A DNA stretch of 20,000 nt from Spongospora subterranea f. sp. subterranea (GCA_049724395.1 JAUGWO010000138.1:59739-79738); one strand, 5' to 3'; shown: positions 1 through 10,622, counted from the first letter of the stretch. Made by a program: numbers and translations. The notes: generated by a model from the letters alone, not told the origin.

Positions 1-1418
1 CAACTCAAAATCCGCTGCAGGAGATGTTTCCGGCACTGACACATTAACCGCGGCATCAAGAACCGGTAATAAATTGTCATCGTCGTACAGCCATGACATC
101 GTCGCAAAGAATTCTGGTGAGTTGAGAGGATTACCAACCTCGCTTATGGGCGAGGGTGATGTGTTGATGGGGGTATTATTGGCAATTCAATGTCGGAATG
201 GATATCCTGAAAAGGATATAGAGAGGGTATACTTGACTGGTGACGAATTCACTATACGATACACAATCAATGACGGGGACTGATCAGGATGGGTGGGTAG
301 ATTAGGGAAAACAGGTAATGGGTAACGATTACCAACTACCGCTGACACGTCTGTCTAGACCACCAGTAGCGCAAGCCACTCCTACCGGTTGGCGCACACT
401 CACACAATTGCGCGCAATAAACCGAAAATTGCGAACTTGAAGGTGAAGGATGTCTGTCACTTCCTGATTTTCTTTCTGCGCTGTGTCCGGTTCAATTTTC
501 TACGTCCTCGAAGAATGTCAAGATGATGAATGAACACAATATTTTGCCATTTCGCTGTGCTCTTAACAATCAAATGTGGCGAATGTCACTAAACTGCATT
601 TCCGCTGCAACAGCGTCAGGTGCTGCTCAAATGAGAACCGCTGTTTAAACCTGATTTTCTTTTGTTCATGAATTGCCTACCAAATTCGGTAGCATCCATT
701 CCAATCGGATCAGCATTGGTTCACTGTACAAACCCTCTTTTCCCTCAAACTGGATTCATCGCGCTTCAATTGTGTAGTTTTTCCTGCATACGCGACTCGG
801 CTCGTAAAGATTATTATCTTTGCTTCAATTATTCAGGACCAACAAGCCTAATTTTCATTGTAGTCATAGTTGCTTGAAAACTTGGAATTTTCAGCCATTA
901 AAGTCATGGGCAGCGAAACGAAAAAATGCTTTGATCACTGCGTAGGCTATAGTTTTATCCTTGGAAAGCTCTAAATATTAAATTAAACGCGAGGATTTGT
1001 CCTGCTTCAGACTTTTTCCGTTTTTTATTGTTTTAGTCGCGCATTGAACGCTGGTTTACATGTCCAAATAATAGTCACAAAATTCGCATGTAATTTGATC
1101 AGGTTTGATCATGAATCCAAATTGCAATGACTTGATAAGTGTGGTTGACCCAACCGCCATCAGTCCATGACCCAGGTGACCTGGTCAGGACTCAAGGGGC
1201 CAGCCGGGCGGAACCTCTTCCTGCAAGTGGAACGAGGCGCCGCGTACTGTACAGTAAAGTATATGGGGAGACAGTTGAATGTATATATGTGAGACCTTAT
1301 CGCTGTGCCCTTTTGTGGTTTGATTGTGTGTTTATCGGCATAACTATTGGAGTATTAGCCAATATAGTCGCTCTGACCATCTTCTTTATCAGCTTCAACA
1401 GCCAGGACTACGGTCGCG

Positions 1419-2119
1419 ATGGATATCATTATCGGAATTGTGGGCGATGGCTATACTCTTATTACCGCCGATAGCTCATCCGCCTCCTCGATCGTCCGGT
1501 ATCAAGACACTGAAGATAAGGTCTGGGTTTCCGCAGTATATAGGGTGTCCCTGTTCTGATTTGTTCCATGTTAGATTTATGGGCTAGGAGATGATACAAT
1601 GACCACCAGGCAAATTATGGCCTGTGCTGGACCCAATAGCGACAGGACCATGTTCTGTGAGTTCATCGAGCGAAATGTGAAGATGTACTCGTTGGAGGCC
1701 GGTATCCCGTTGACCACCAAGGCTGTAGCAAATTTTACCCGGTAATTAGGGCGCCATCTCAATGATTCATACTAATCGGAGATATGCTAACCAGAAACAC
1801 CTTGGCAACGGCCTTACGAAAGGGGCCATATCAGGCAAACATCCTTCTGGGAGGATTTGATCAGGGTAAAGGACCATCCCTTTATATAATGGACTATATG
1901 GGTGCATTGCATCCAGTAGACAAGGCTGCCCATGGATATGGATCCTACTTCACCCTTGGTCTACTTGATCGTCATTACAAAAAGAATATGACGCTCGATG
2001 AAGGGTTGCAGCTCCTCAAGCAATGCATTGCCGAGCTTAACACTCGGTTCATATTAAACACTCCACACTTCATCGCTAAGATAGTCGATAAAGATGGTGT
2101 TCGTAAAATTGAAGTCTAA
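1419..2119 (+). CDS. PSMB2: 20S proteasome subunit beta type-2 (yeast PRE1/beta4 orthologue); exons 1419-1520, 1575-1741, 1795-2119; 197 aa
   Basis: Spliced translation MDIIIGIVGDGYTLITADSSSASSIVRYQDTEDK / IYGLGDD...ACAGPNSDRTMFCEFIERNVKMY...TKAVANFTR / NTLATALRKGPYQANILLGGFD...AAHGYGSYFTLGLLDRHYKKNMT...IVDKDGVRKIEV* matches the PSMB2/PRE1 family. GT-AG introns 1521-1574 (54 nt) and 1742-1794 (53 nt, CTAAC next to the CAG acceptor) keep the frame. Confidence 0.95.
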
Positions 2120-2362
2120 AAATATTTGACATAAACCCTATCGCTTTTGCCAATTCACGATTTCTTCAAATCATAATTCCATTGTATTAATATTTTTTAC
2201 GTGCTAATGGCGACATCCTTGCCAAACTATTCTCGTAAAACACCTTAAATTCAGTGTCGTGCCTTGTTGCACCTCTCGTCAGCCGTGGCATTTTCTGTCG
2301 TGATCTCAACAGCAATGGGGGTTCGATGATCGACATGGAGATAAATCGTGGATGATTTCTAA

Positions 2363-3547
2363 TTAAACCGACGAAATCATCTGCTGAATGAGATCTAGCC
2401 CTCTAAAAAACAAGCGGAAAATCAGTTGCTGGCTAATGCTAGTGTCGATTGTCGATAGGAAATTTACCGTCATCAAGGGCAGGTGACGGAGACGCAATTC
2501 AATTTCATGATCTGAAATCTCCAAGTTATTTTCAAAACAACTAAAAGAAGGATGAAAAATACCTATATTACGAGATGACGGATGAGTATAGGCAGGTTTA
2601 TCTACAGACACAATATGAGACGAGGGCTCGGGAGCTGGGCTGTAGACGATTTTAGGATCGACCGATCTTTCGGAACGTTCAAGAATCGGGCCTGAGACGA
2701 CCTGATTCAGGATTGGACCATGGACCTTGGGACACTTAACCGAGAAGCCCTCAATATCGTCTCTAGCTAGCACGACGAGTTCATTGCTATCATGATGGAT
2801 CAGCTTGGCCAAGTCAGCGGGTAAGCGCCATCTCCCCGTCACAGGTTCAGCGGACACAATCACTTTCCACTGCCCATTATCACACCATGCTCTACCGAAT
2901 TCCCCTAGCTTCCTGCTGCTTTGAGATTTCAACATTTTTCGGCGCATCTCCAATGTCCTGCCAGATATTCTCTCGCTGTTGATCTTTTCTGTCTTTTCCC
3001 ATCGTATGGCTTCCTCTCTGTCTCTTTTCTTGAATTGTCTGAATTTTACACGAGCTGTTGTTTCACTTCTCACTATCTGGGAATCATTCTTATGATTAAA
3101 CTTTGTCTTCATGCTCTTTACTTGATCCTTTTGTTGTATTGCCTCAAGTTTTCTCCATCTCTCACCCTCTTCAGTCCTCCTTTTGCTTTCCCTTTGTATT
3201 TCACGCATCTGTTTCATCTTATTGGCATGGCGCTTTGCAATCGGATTTAGCTTATCGTCTATGTAAGATTGAAATTGCCTAACATAATTGCTCCTACACG
3301 AGTGAGGAATATCGACCCCAAATGCCGAGAATATTCCAGAATGGCGACGTGAGGTTGTTGGCTCTAGTGGTCCATACACGTATTCGCCATCCGGTGATAA
3401 CGGGGTACGAGGAGGGCTGTGAATGCATCCAGCTTTATCATTAATAGAACGGGATGACGATTGGGATGACAACACTCCTGGCGTTAGCATTGCTCCACAA
3501 GATATTTCCACAATCTGGCAAATATCTCTTGCAATCAACACCATCAA
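2363..3547 (-). CDS. Hypothetical protein, large exon with a charged, probably coiled-coil segment; likely part of a multi-exon gene
   Basis: 394-aa uninterrupted ORF with a K/R/E-rich helical middle. A possible extra terminal exon 2294-2187 (KMPRLTRG...LARKKY*) follows via a GT-AG intron 2368-2295. No family recognised. Confidence 0.6.
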   Translation of the reverse strand: MMVLIARDICQIVEISCGAMLTPGVLSSQSSSRSINDKAGCIHSPPRTPLSPDGEYVYGPLEPTTSRRHSGIFSAFGVDIPHSCRSNYVRQFQSYIDDKLNPIAKRHANKMKQMREIQRESKRRTEEGERWRKLEAIQQKDQVKSMKTKFNHKNDSQIVRSETTARVKFRQFKKRDREEAIRWEKTEKINSERISGRTLEMRRKMLKSQSSRKLGEFGRAWCDNGQWKVIVSAEPVTGRWRLPADLAKLIHHDSNELVVLARDDIEGFSVKCPKVHGPILNQVVSGPILERSERSVDPKIVYSPAPEPSSHIVSVDKPAYTHPSSRNIGIFHPSFSCFENNLEISDHEIELRLRHLPLMTVNFLSTIDTSISQQLIFRLFFRGLDLIQQMISSV

Positions 3548-3780
3548 ACGAAAATAGATATATATATATTACATGATCACGCATCGATAAGTGAATGACT
3601 TGGAAGCTGGCGTAATTTCCAAATAAATTTGATCGAGTATCAACGTTCAGAAATCCAGAGAAAGGCATGATATTCCTCTATTAGTGGTTTTGCTGGGGAA
3701 GACCGAACCCTGTTTCGAGAGCCCAGAGTACGGCTGGCAGTAATACACGATATGAATGATAAACCCCTGGATGATATAAA

Positions 3781-4476
3781 TCAATTACAGGGGGAGACCA
3801 GAGTGGGATATGGCCTACCATATGAGTTGCGAAACCTGATCATCTCTCTATGGTCAATAACCGACAACCGAAACTCCATATTCAGCGGGTCTTGCCAAGC
3901 AATATCTGTGACTATAGAATTGGAGATCATAGCCCATTTCTGCCAGAATAGCTCATTGCTGAGGAACTCGTGCAGCACTATATTCGCATACAGCGATATA
4001 TTCCAACTGTTGTGTAAAGCAACATGATTTACCCAACGCTGAGCAATTTCTGATGGTAGCTTCACAGAAACTCGCTTGGAGGAAGATTTCCTCCATTTTT
4101 GCTTCATCAACTCCAATGTCGTTCCATTGGTCCAATCTATCGCCGATTCCTGTTGAAAAGATGGGTTCATGCTATGGTCGACAACATCTATGGAATTGGT
4201 TGGCTGTGGCTCTGGCCCAGGCAAAAATGATGCTTTGTCGGGAACCGACAATGGAAACATGGACAATGGAGTCGGAAGTTCCTTAGGCCAATTATGGTAA
4301 TATGGGTCTAAAGCCCTGACACAGCAATCAGATATGGCTACAATGGGGTCGCAACGCCCGGCCACTAACCTGGTCTGCCTGATCCGTAAATGAGGCCAAA
4401 GGCTGTCATCAGCACCGGGATCGCTGTTGTTCCATATATCTGGGGGAAGAGCCATTAAACATGGACACTTGGTCAA
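3781..4476 (-). CDS. Hypothetical protein exon, probably the upstream part of the gene containing 2363-3547
   Basis: 231-aa ORF on the same strand with a GTAATT donor-like site at its end. I could not resolve the exon linkage across 3548-3780. Confidence 0.5.
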   Translation of the reverse strand: MTKCPCLMALPPDIWNNSDPGADDSLWPHLRIRQTRLVAGRCDPIVAISDCCVRALDPYYHNWPKELPTPLSMFPLSVPDKASFLPGPEPQPTNSIDVVDHSMNPSFQQESAIDWTNGTTLELMKQKWRKSSSKRVSVKLPSEIAQRWVNHVALHNSWNISLYANIVLHEFLSNELFWQKWAMISNSIVTDIAWQDPLNMEFRLSVIDHREMIRFRNSYGRPYPTLVSPCN

Positions 4477-4899
4477 TTCCTGTTGCCGATCACTCCGCTA
4501 TTCGACTGCGCGTGTTACGTGTCACGGCACGAGATGATGTTTGTTGGCACCAAGTCGGGAAAATGGTGGGAGTCGGCTGTTGCTAGGGATGATAGTGGAG
4601 GGATGTCAGGAGTTTCCCTATCATACTGGTAACAATCCTAGGAGGCACAGCAGCCAGGAAAAAGGTTTATAAGACACGGAACCCGGGCTATGGTGGCTCT
4701 ATGTTATTACACAGGGCACCAACGGCAACGCCCAACCCCTGCAATGAAAAGGCTTGGCCGAATCATTGTATTTGTACTAATATTTTAGGACAGGATGGAA
4801 GGCAATTGATGAAAGATATGGACTGACTGGGATTCTTTGAAATGAATGGAAATGGCATGAATGTTAACACACGGATACCAGATCAGGCTGACAGCAGAC

Positions 4900-6302
4900 T
4901 CATTGAAACGATTATATCAATGCAAACAGAAACACCAAACAAACACAATCATTCAATAGGAGAAGAAGATACAAATAGTACAAATAGTTAAAGAAATGGA
5001 AAAAAACAGCAAATTTATAGACACGGTAAGAGTGTACAGATTTAATTGTACAGTACAACCATGACAGAGTGAGTCTCACGCTACGAAGGCCGAAACACAG
5101 TGATCACGACGCCGTGACGGCAAGGTAGTCAACCTAGGTAGCCATGGAATTGACTCCGCCACCAGCAATGAGAAGCGACAAAGAACGGAACAACCATCGG
5201 TCAACCCGCCACCCATAGGAGCATTACGATGACTATAAACAACCAGGAAAATACATAAACCTGAAACAAACAGGAGGATGTAGCAATGGATTACATCCAA
5301 CCTGTTCACGTACGATAAAAAACAACAAATATATAATCAAAGATGTACTTGGAATTGAAAGCTGTGCATTCGAAGCAATCAGAACATGAAGAGCAATACC
5401 AAACATTGCGGTTCAGCAATTACGTGAAAATTTATGTGATTATGACAACGACAGGAAGAACCATAGCGACCATAATACTGAACTACACTGGATCATTGCC
5501 CAACAATGACAATAATACTCATGATGAATATCTTGGCATAATGGAACAGGAGGCAATGGGCTGGATTGTTCGAGTTTACAGTAGCACCGTTTATATACAA
5601 GATCAACATAATCATAATCAGTCAGACAACACAATCTCTGACAACAGATATACAGAAATGGATCGAATCGTTTTTTCCAAAATTACGAGACAGTGTTAAT
5701 TGGAGGAGTACGATATATGTATTGCACCACATGAATGGAAAAACACTAACACCGATGGGACATAGTGGACTGAACCATTATGGGATTCTTTTTTCAATAG
5801 AAAATACTTTTACAACAACGAAAAAAATGCGAAGAATACGTAAAACAATATGGAGAGAAACAAGGTTCCCGATCCTATAGGAACCCGATACAGACAGCGG
5901 AACAGACGACCGAAAACAAACCATTGACGAGAGTCATTATAACGCCAATTACACCAACACAGACAAACCAACATCGAATAACTGAAATGAATAGAAGAAT
6001 ACAAGCTCAGATCAATATAGTTATGGTCTAAGAAGCAGTATCAACACCTCCAATAACCCTGGAAAAAAAGGCAATGACCAAACAAACAAGGAAGAACTAC
6101 TACCACAACTTGAAAAGATGAGTATCACCGAAAAATGCTCTAACGACAATGCCTCAACGGGACAATGACAAACAAACAAAGACGAATTATTAATACACTT
6201 AGAAAGCTGAGTCTCACCAGAAAAAGCTCTCACAACAATAAATCAGGCAACTGAAAATAACACGATGCTTTACGCGGCTCAATGTTAAACGAAATCAAGT
6301 AA
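4900..6302 (+). mobile_element. Probable degraded 5' region / ORF1 of a non-LTR retrotransposon
   Basis: Strongly A-rich plus strand with broken ORFs directly upstream of the APE endonuclease. No diagnostic motif; boundaries approximate. Confidence 0.4.
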
Positions 6303-6840
6303 ATGATTAATTTTGATATAGCACAATGGAACATATGTTCATTAAGCGAGGAGAAGTCAACCGAACTGGCACAGTTTGTGAATCAACACCTAATAGATGT
6401 AATCTGTGTTTCAGAGTTGAAACATCGACGTAATATTCATGGATTTCCACACTGCGAGTGTGATGATCGATTCACACCCTCAGGAATATTTTGGCGAGAA
6501 CACGTCAAATAGAAAAACTATATCCACCGGCAAATCAATGCTTTGGACAATTCGCTATTACAGCACATGATGCTGATACCCACATGTATATCCCACCTGA
6601 TATCGACAGACAAACTAGAAGAGCATATTGGAGGCAGATTGAGATCTTCGCAGAGACAAACCAAAAGTCAATTCTCATCACAGGAGACCTAAATACTAGA
6701 GATAAGAGATTTGCCACAAATCCTAAAGAAAACCACATATATTAGGACGGAATACTAAAGGAGTTCAGAATTATGAACAATCCTGAAATACCAACCAGAG
6801 TGAACAACACATTAGATATCACAATGGCGAATTCATTTGG
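6303..6840 (+). pseudogene. LINE ORF2 apurinic-like endonuclease (APE/EEP) domain, frameshifted and 3'-truncated
   Basis: Motifs in the expected order over three frames: IAQWNICSL, IDVICVSE, MYIPP, ILITGDLN, IMNNPEIPTRVNNTLDITMAN. The terminal SDH motif and the RT are absent. Confidence 0.85.
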
Positions 6841-6843
6841 TGT

Positions 6844-7370
6844 GTGACCCTGACAAGAAGGCGTAGTATCCAATTCAATCGCGGGGAGATAAATTGTCAC
6901 AAGGTTGGAGATTTGGTCTACAGTCATTTTCCAGCTGTTCCCAAAGGAGTCAACAAGAATCTACATCGTCATTGGAGTGGACCGTGGCGTTTTACCGCAG
7001 AAGTTTTACGTGATATTCTGTATCGAGTTCAAGACACCATGACTGGCAAGGAGGTTGTACAGCATGTTGGACGGATGCGACATGTTGGGAAATTTCAACG
7101 GATTCTTCCGATTGTACGACAGTGGCACACAATGCTGAAAAGCGACTTGACACGGTTACAGATCCCGAGGATGAACTCGATGAGATCCTAAAACAGAGGA
7201 CACGGCGGGGAGTACGAGAGGAGTTTTCATTAAGTGGAAAGGATATGATCCGAACATATAACACATTGGAGCTAACCTCTATGCTCAACGATGCTGCATT
7301 GGCGGCAGCGTGTCGGTGGGAACGAAGACGACGGCGATTTCAGATAATATCTCCTCGGATTGGGGAGACA
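6844..7370 (+). mobile_element. Ty3/Gypsy (chromovirus-like) integrase C-terminus plus degenerate chromodomain and polypurine tract
   Basis: HKVGDLVY...KNLHRHWSGPWR...YRVQD...HVGRMR (GPY/F module), then ELDEILKQRTRRG and a frameshifted IKWKGYDP (7229-7252). Purine-rich GGGGAGA lies just before TG at 7371. Confidence 0.8.
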
Positions 7371-7580
7371 TGTTGGCGGAACGTCAGTTGACCCCACGAG
7401 GATGACCTCAACGGGGCGATGATGAACGTTAGAAATCCTCCATAATTCTCACTTTGTTAAATCAAGTCTTATAAAGTTTTTCTTCTGCCCTTCGCTAGTC
7501 GTATTGATCCATACGACGAACGACTATTCCAGATTGGTAATACGCCTGCACTGTAGCCGGAACCGGATCCTGTCTAACGG
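7371..7580 (+). repeat. Putative 3' LTR of the plus-strand Gypsy remnant
   Basis: Starts TGTTGG right after the PPT. The 3' end is uncertain (GTCTAACG near 7579). Confidence 0.5.
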
Positions 7581-7587
7581 CGATATG

Positions 7588-7773
7588 TGTCACGAAGCGT
7601 GTCGCAACCGCGATGGAAATGGAGAATTCTTTTCTTCGATGAATCAGATAATTACAATCTTAAAATACTGAGTAGGCAAATTTGGGATTTATTGTGAGAT
7701 TGAAACGAGAGGCGAGATTAATTCCTTATATTGTCAGGGCTATGCTAGGTCCCCGCTTGACGGGCTCGAAAGG

Positions 7774-7822
<49 letters not shown>

Positions 7823-7893
7823 AATTTGTTGTTGAGAAGATTTTAATGAGCGTCGGAGTACGTACTGTACTGACTACTGTGGATTGAAGTACA
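7588..7893 (-). repeat. Putative 3' LTR of the minus-strand Gypsy remnant
   Basis: Minus-strand PPT GGAAAGGGGAA (7894-7904) is followed by TGTACTTC from 7893. The distal CA end is probably at 7586-7588 but is uncertain. Confidence 0.55.
7777..7818. repeat. (GA)21 microsatellite
   Basis: Perfect GA dinucleotide run. Confidence 0.97.
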
Positions 7894-7927
7894 TTCCCCT
7901 TTCCGAAAATGAGATATAGTAAAGAAA

Positions 7928-8215
7928 CTAGACTGATAACTGTCTCACCATGTGATGGTCAGAATGATCTGACAGGAACTGTTGAATTATAGTTGGAATA
8001 TCCTCCTGGATTGTATTGAAGGTTCTTAAATGGCGTCATCTGTTTCAAAACCACTTCAATGAATTAGGAGATCCAGTTGTCCAGACGCTGGGTTGCGACC
8101 AATGTTCTTAATACCTGCCCCTTCGAATTTGGTGGAGGAAATTACGCCGATATTATTTATAAGCCCGGTGGTAATCTGTAAGTCACGATCGCAGTAGTAT
8201 TTCAAACTTTGAGCG
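7928..8215 (-). pseudogene. Gypsy integrase C-terminal tail and chromodomain (degenerate)
   Basis: AQSLKYYCDRDLQITTGL...GQLDLLIH*SGFETDDAI*EP...IQEDIPTIIQQFL...LSV*. Both conserved chromodomain Trp positions read as stops. Confidence 0.7.
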
Positions 8216-9960
8216 TTGCAGATCGCCAGCAGTGATAGGTGACGGTAATTCGCTCAGTGACGAAAGGAAATTGGGATCGAACGAGACACCTTTTTCCGAT
8301 ATCATTCTGCCGCATCATTTGTGATCGAACGAGACTCCCTTTTTCCGATATCATTCTGCCGCATCATTTGTGATCGAACGAGACTCCCTTTTTCCGATAT
8401 CATTCTGCCGCATCATTTGTGATCGAACGAGACTCCCTTTTTCCGATATCATTCTGCCGCACCATTTGTGATCGAACGAGACTCCCTTTTTCCGATATCA
8501 TTCTGCCGCACCATTTGTGATCGAACGAGACTCCCTTTTTCCGATATCATTCTGCCGCACCATTTGTGATCGAACGAGACTCCCTTTTTCTCGATATCAT
8601 TCTGCCGCACCATTTGTGATCGAACGAGACTCCCTTTTTCCGATATCATTCTGCCGCACCATTTGTGATCGAACGAGACTCCCTTTTTCCGATATCATTC
8701 TGCCGCACCATTTGTGATCGAACGAGACTCCCTTTTTCCGATATCATTCTGCCGCACCATTTGTGATCGAACGAGACTCCCTTTTTCTCGATATCATTCT
8801 GCCGCACCATTTGTGATCGAACGAGACTCCCTTTTTCCGATATCATTCTGCCGCACCATTTGTGATCGAACGAGACTCCCTTTTTCTCGATATCATTCTG
8901 CCGCACCATTTGTGATCGAACGAGACTCCCTTTTTCCGATATCATTCTGCCGCACCATTTGTGATCGAACGAGACTCCCTTTTTCTCGATATCATTCTGC
9001 CGCACCATTTGTGATCGAACGAGACTCCCTTTTTCCGATATCATTCTGCCAATGTAAGCATGCACCATTTGTGATCGAACGAGACTCCCTTTTTCCGATA
9101 TCATTCTGCCGCACCATTTGTGATCGAAAGAGACTCCCTTTTTCCGATATCATTCTGCCGCATCATTTGTGATCGAAAGAGACTCCCTTTTTCCGATATC
9201 ATTCTGCCGCACCATTTGTGATCGAACGAGACTCCCTTTTTTCGATATCTATCTGCCGCACCATTTGTGATCGAACGAGACTCCCTTTTTCCGATATCAA
9301 TCTGCCTCACCATTTGACATCAGTCAACACGAGAGCGCAACGGTTTGGGTTCAGGTTGATGCCATGTGAGTGCAGATTGTCTAAGATGAAGACCAAAACT
9401 TCAAACCAGTTGTCAATGCTTGTGGCATAACCCAAAATGTCGTCAACCCATAGAAGGGAACATGTGAAAGAGCACATCAGATAGCACCATTTGCATCCCC
9501 GCCTGGAAAGCGAAAACTGCATCAGCTACGCATTGGACAATACGACGCGGCGTGTAGACTGCCTCATTTGTAATGAAAGAACAAAGCTCCCAAGATTCTG
9601 GATGTATTGGAACCTGCCTGTACCCTTTAATGGCGTCCAGCATGATAAACAGTTTTGCATTACGAAATATGATAAGATGAGATCTATGTGAGGAATGGCC
9701 AAATAAGACGTTCAGTACGTTTTTTTGACCTCCTTCGTATCGATAGTCAGACGATCACCACGGCGTTCGATGTATTTCTTCTCGACAACGTGGCAGGCAG
9801 ATGCGAAACGGCTGTGCTGATTGCCAAAACGTGAAATCGTTCGCTTCGAACGTCTGTGCAGGTTCGCACATGAATGTGCGGTGCGCTGCGTGATATAGTC
9901 GATTTTTTAGCCCTAAATGGAGTTGCATCAGACTTCTGCATCGGCTTTATTGACATAACT
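8216..9960 (-). pseudogene. Ty3/Gypsy reverse transcriptase remnant, interrupted by the 49-bp tandem array
   Basis: PFRAK; LDAIKGYRQVP; LCSFIT..VYTPRRIVQ; LLWVDDILGYA; GINLNPNRCALVLTDVKW*GRLISEKG. After the array: K*CGRMISEKGVSFDPNFLSSLSELPSPITAGDLQ. Confidence 0.88.
8275..9316. repeat. Tandem array of 21 units; 49-bp consensus GATCGAACGAGACTCCCTTTTTCCGATATCATTCTGCCGCACCATTTGT
   Basis: GATCGAA starts at 8275, 8323, 8372, 8421, 8470, 8519, 8568, 8618, 8667, 8716, 8765, 8815, 8864, 8914, 8963, 9013, 9073, 9122, 9171, 9220, 9269. Units are 48-50 bp, with one of 60 bp. Confidence 0.97.
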
Positions 9961-10622
9961 TTCGCCGGTGAATATTTTCATCTCTTGAGGTGTCGATGTG
10001 GCAAACTCAGATCGTATTCTGGCAAGGTATTCCATGATATGTTCGTCAGACATTTCTTCGACTGGCTTCATCAAGATATATTTTGCTAGACCTCGCAGTT
10101 TATGAGTGGCAACACAGCTCTTGATTGAGATTGGAAGACGGTCTCCTTGTGGACCGAACGTCGTTCTTCCCCCAGCGATTTATCAGTCGTATTCACGAAT
10201 GGAATTGGTTAACTGATTTCAAATCGAGGCTGGTGATTTTGAGAGCACATAAACCGATGGACAAGGTCATAAAATCGGTACAAGTAACAGCAAACCCAAA
10301 CTCATCATTTCTTTAGTTACTATTAAAAACCATGAGAAACTGAAACAATCACTAATTAATACATTTCTCTCTCACTCCTCTCGTGTCCGCCCTTAGCGGG
10401 GACGTGCATAAAACGTTTTTTAGCTTAACCAATCGCGAAGCAGATTTTCATGCCCTCCCGCAATAACCGTCATGCCGACTATTGACCTTTTATCTTCAAT
10501 ACATTGTTGTCAAGTCCATTTTGTACCATTGGGTGTTGACCTGGATTACCACTCCTGTCACCCTCACATAAACAATTGTGCACCAGAATAATCGCATCTG
10601 CTCGGAACGGTCGGCTAGAATA

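Noticed and set aside
1..900. Short ORFs 74-283 and 662-877, and a minus-strand frame running off the window start
   Set aside because: Short, with no recognisable motifs; cannot be supported without flanking sequence or expression data.
1139..1587. ORFs 1139-1474 (hydrophobic stretch) and 1324-1587
   Set aside because: They overlap PSMB2 exon 1 in other frames, and the conserved PSMB2 start is at 1419.
8275..9316. CRISPR-like array
   Set aside because: Units are contiguous with no unique spacers (only one 11-bp insertion), there are no cas genes, and the unit is explained as Gypsy RT coding sequence.
8449..9430. Repetitive ORFs on both strands (MISEKGSLV..., MIERDSLF...)
   Set aside because: By-products of the 49/50-bp periodicity, not independent genes.
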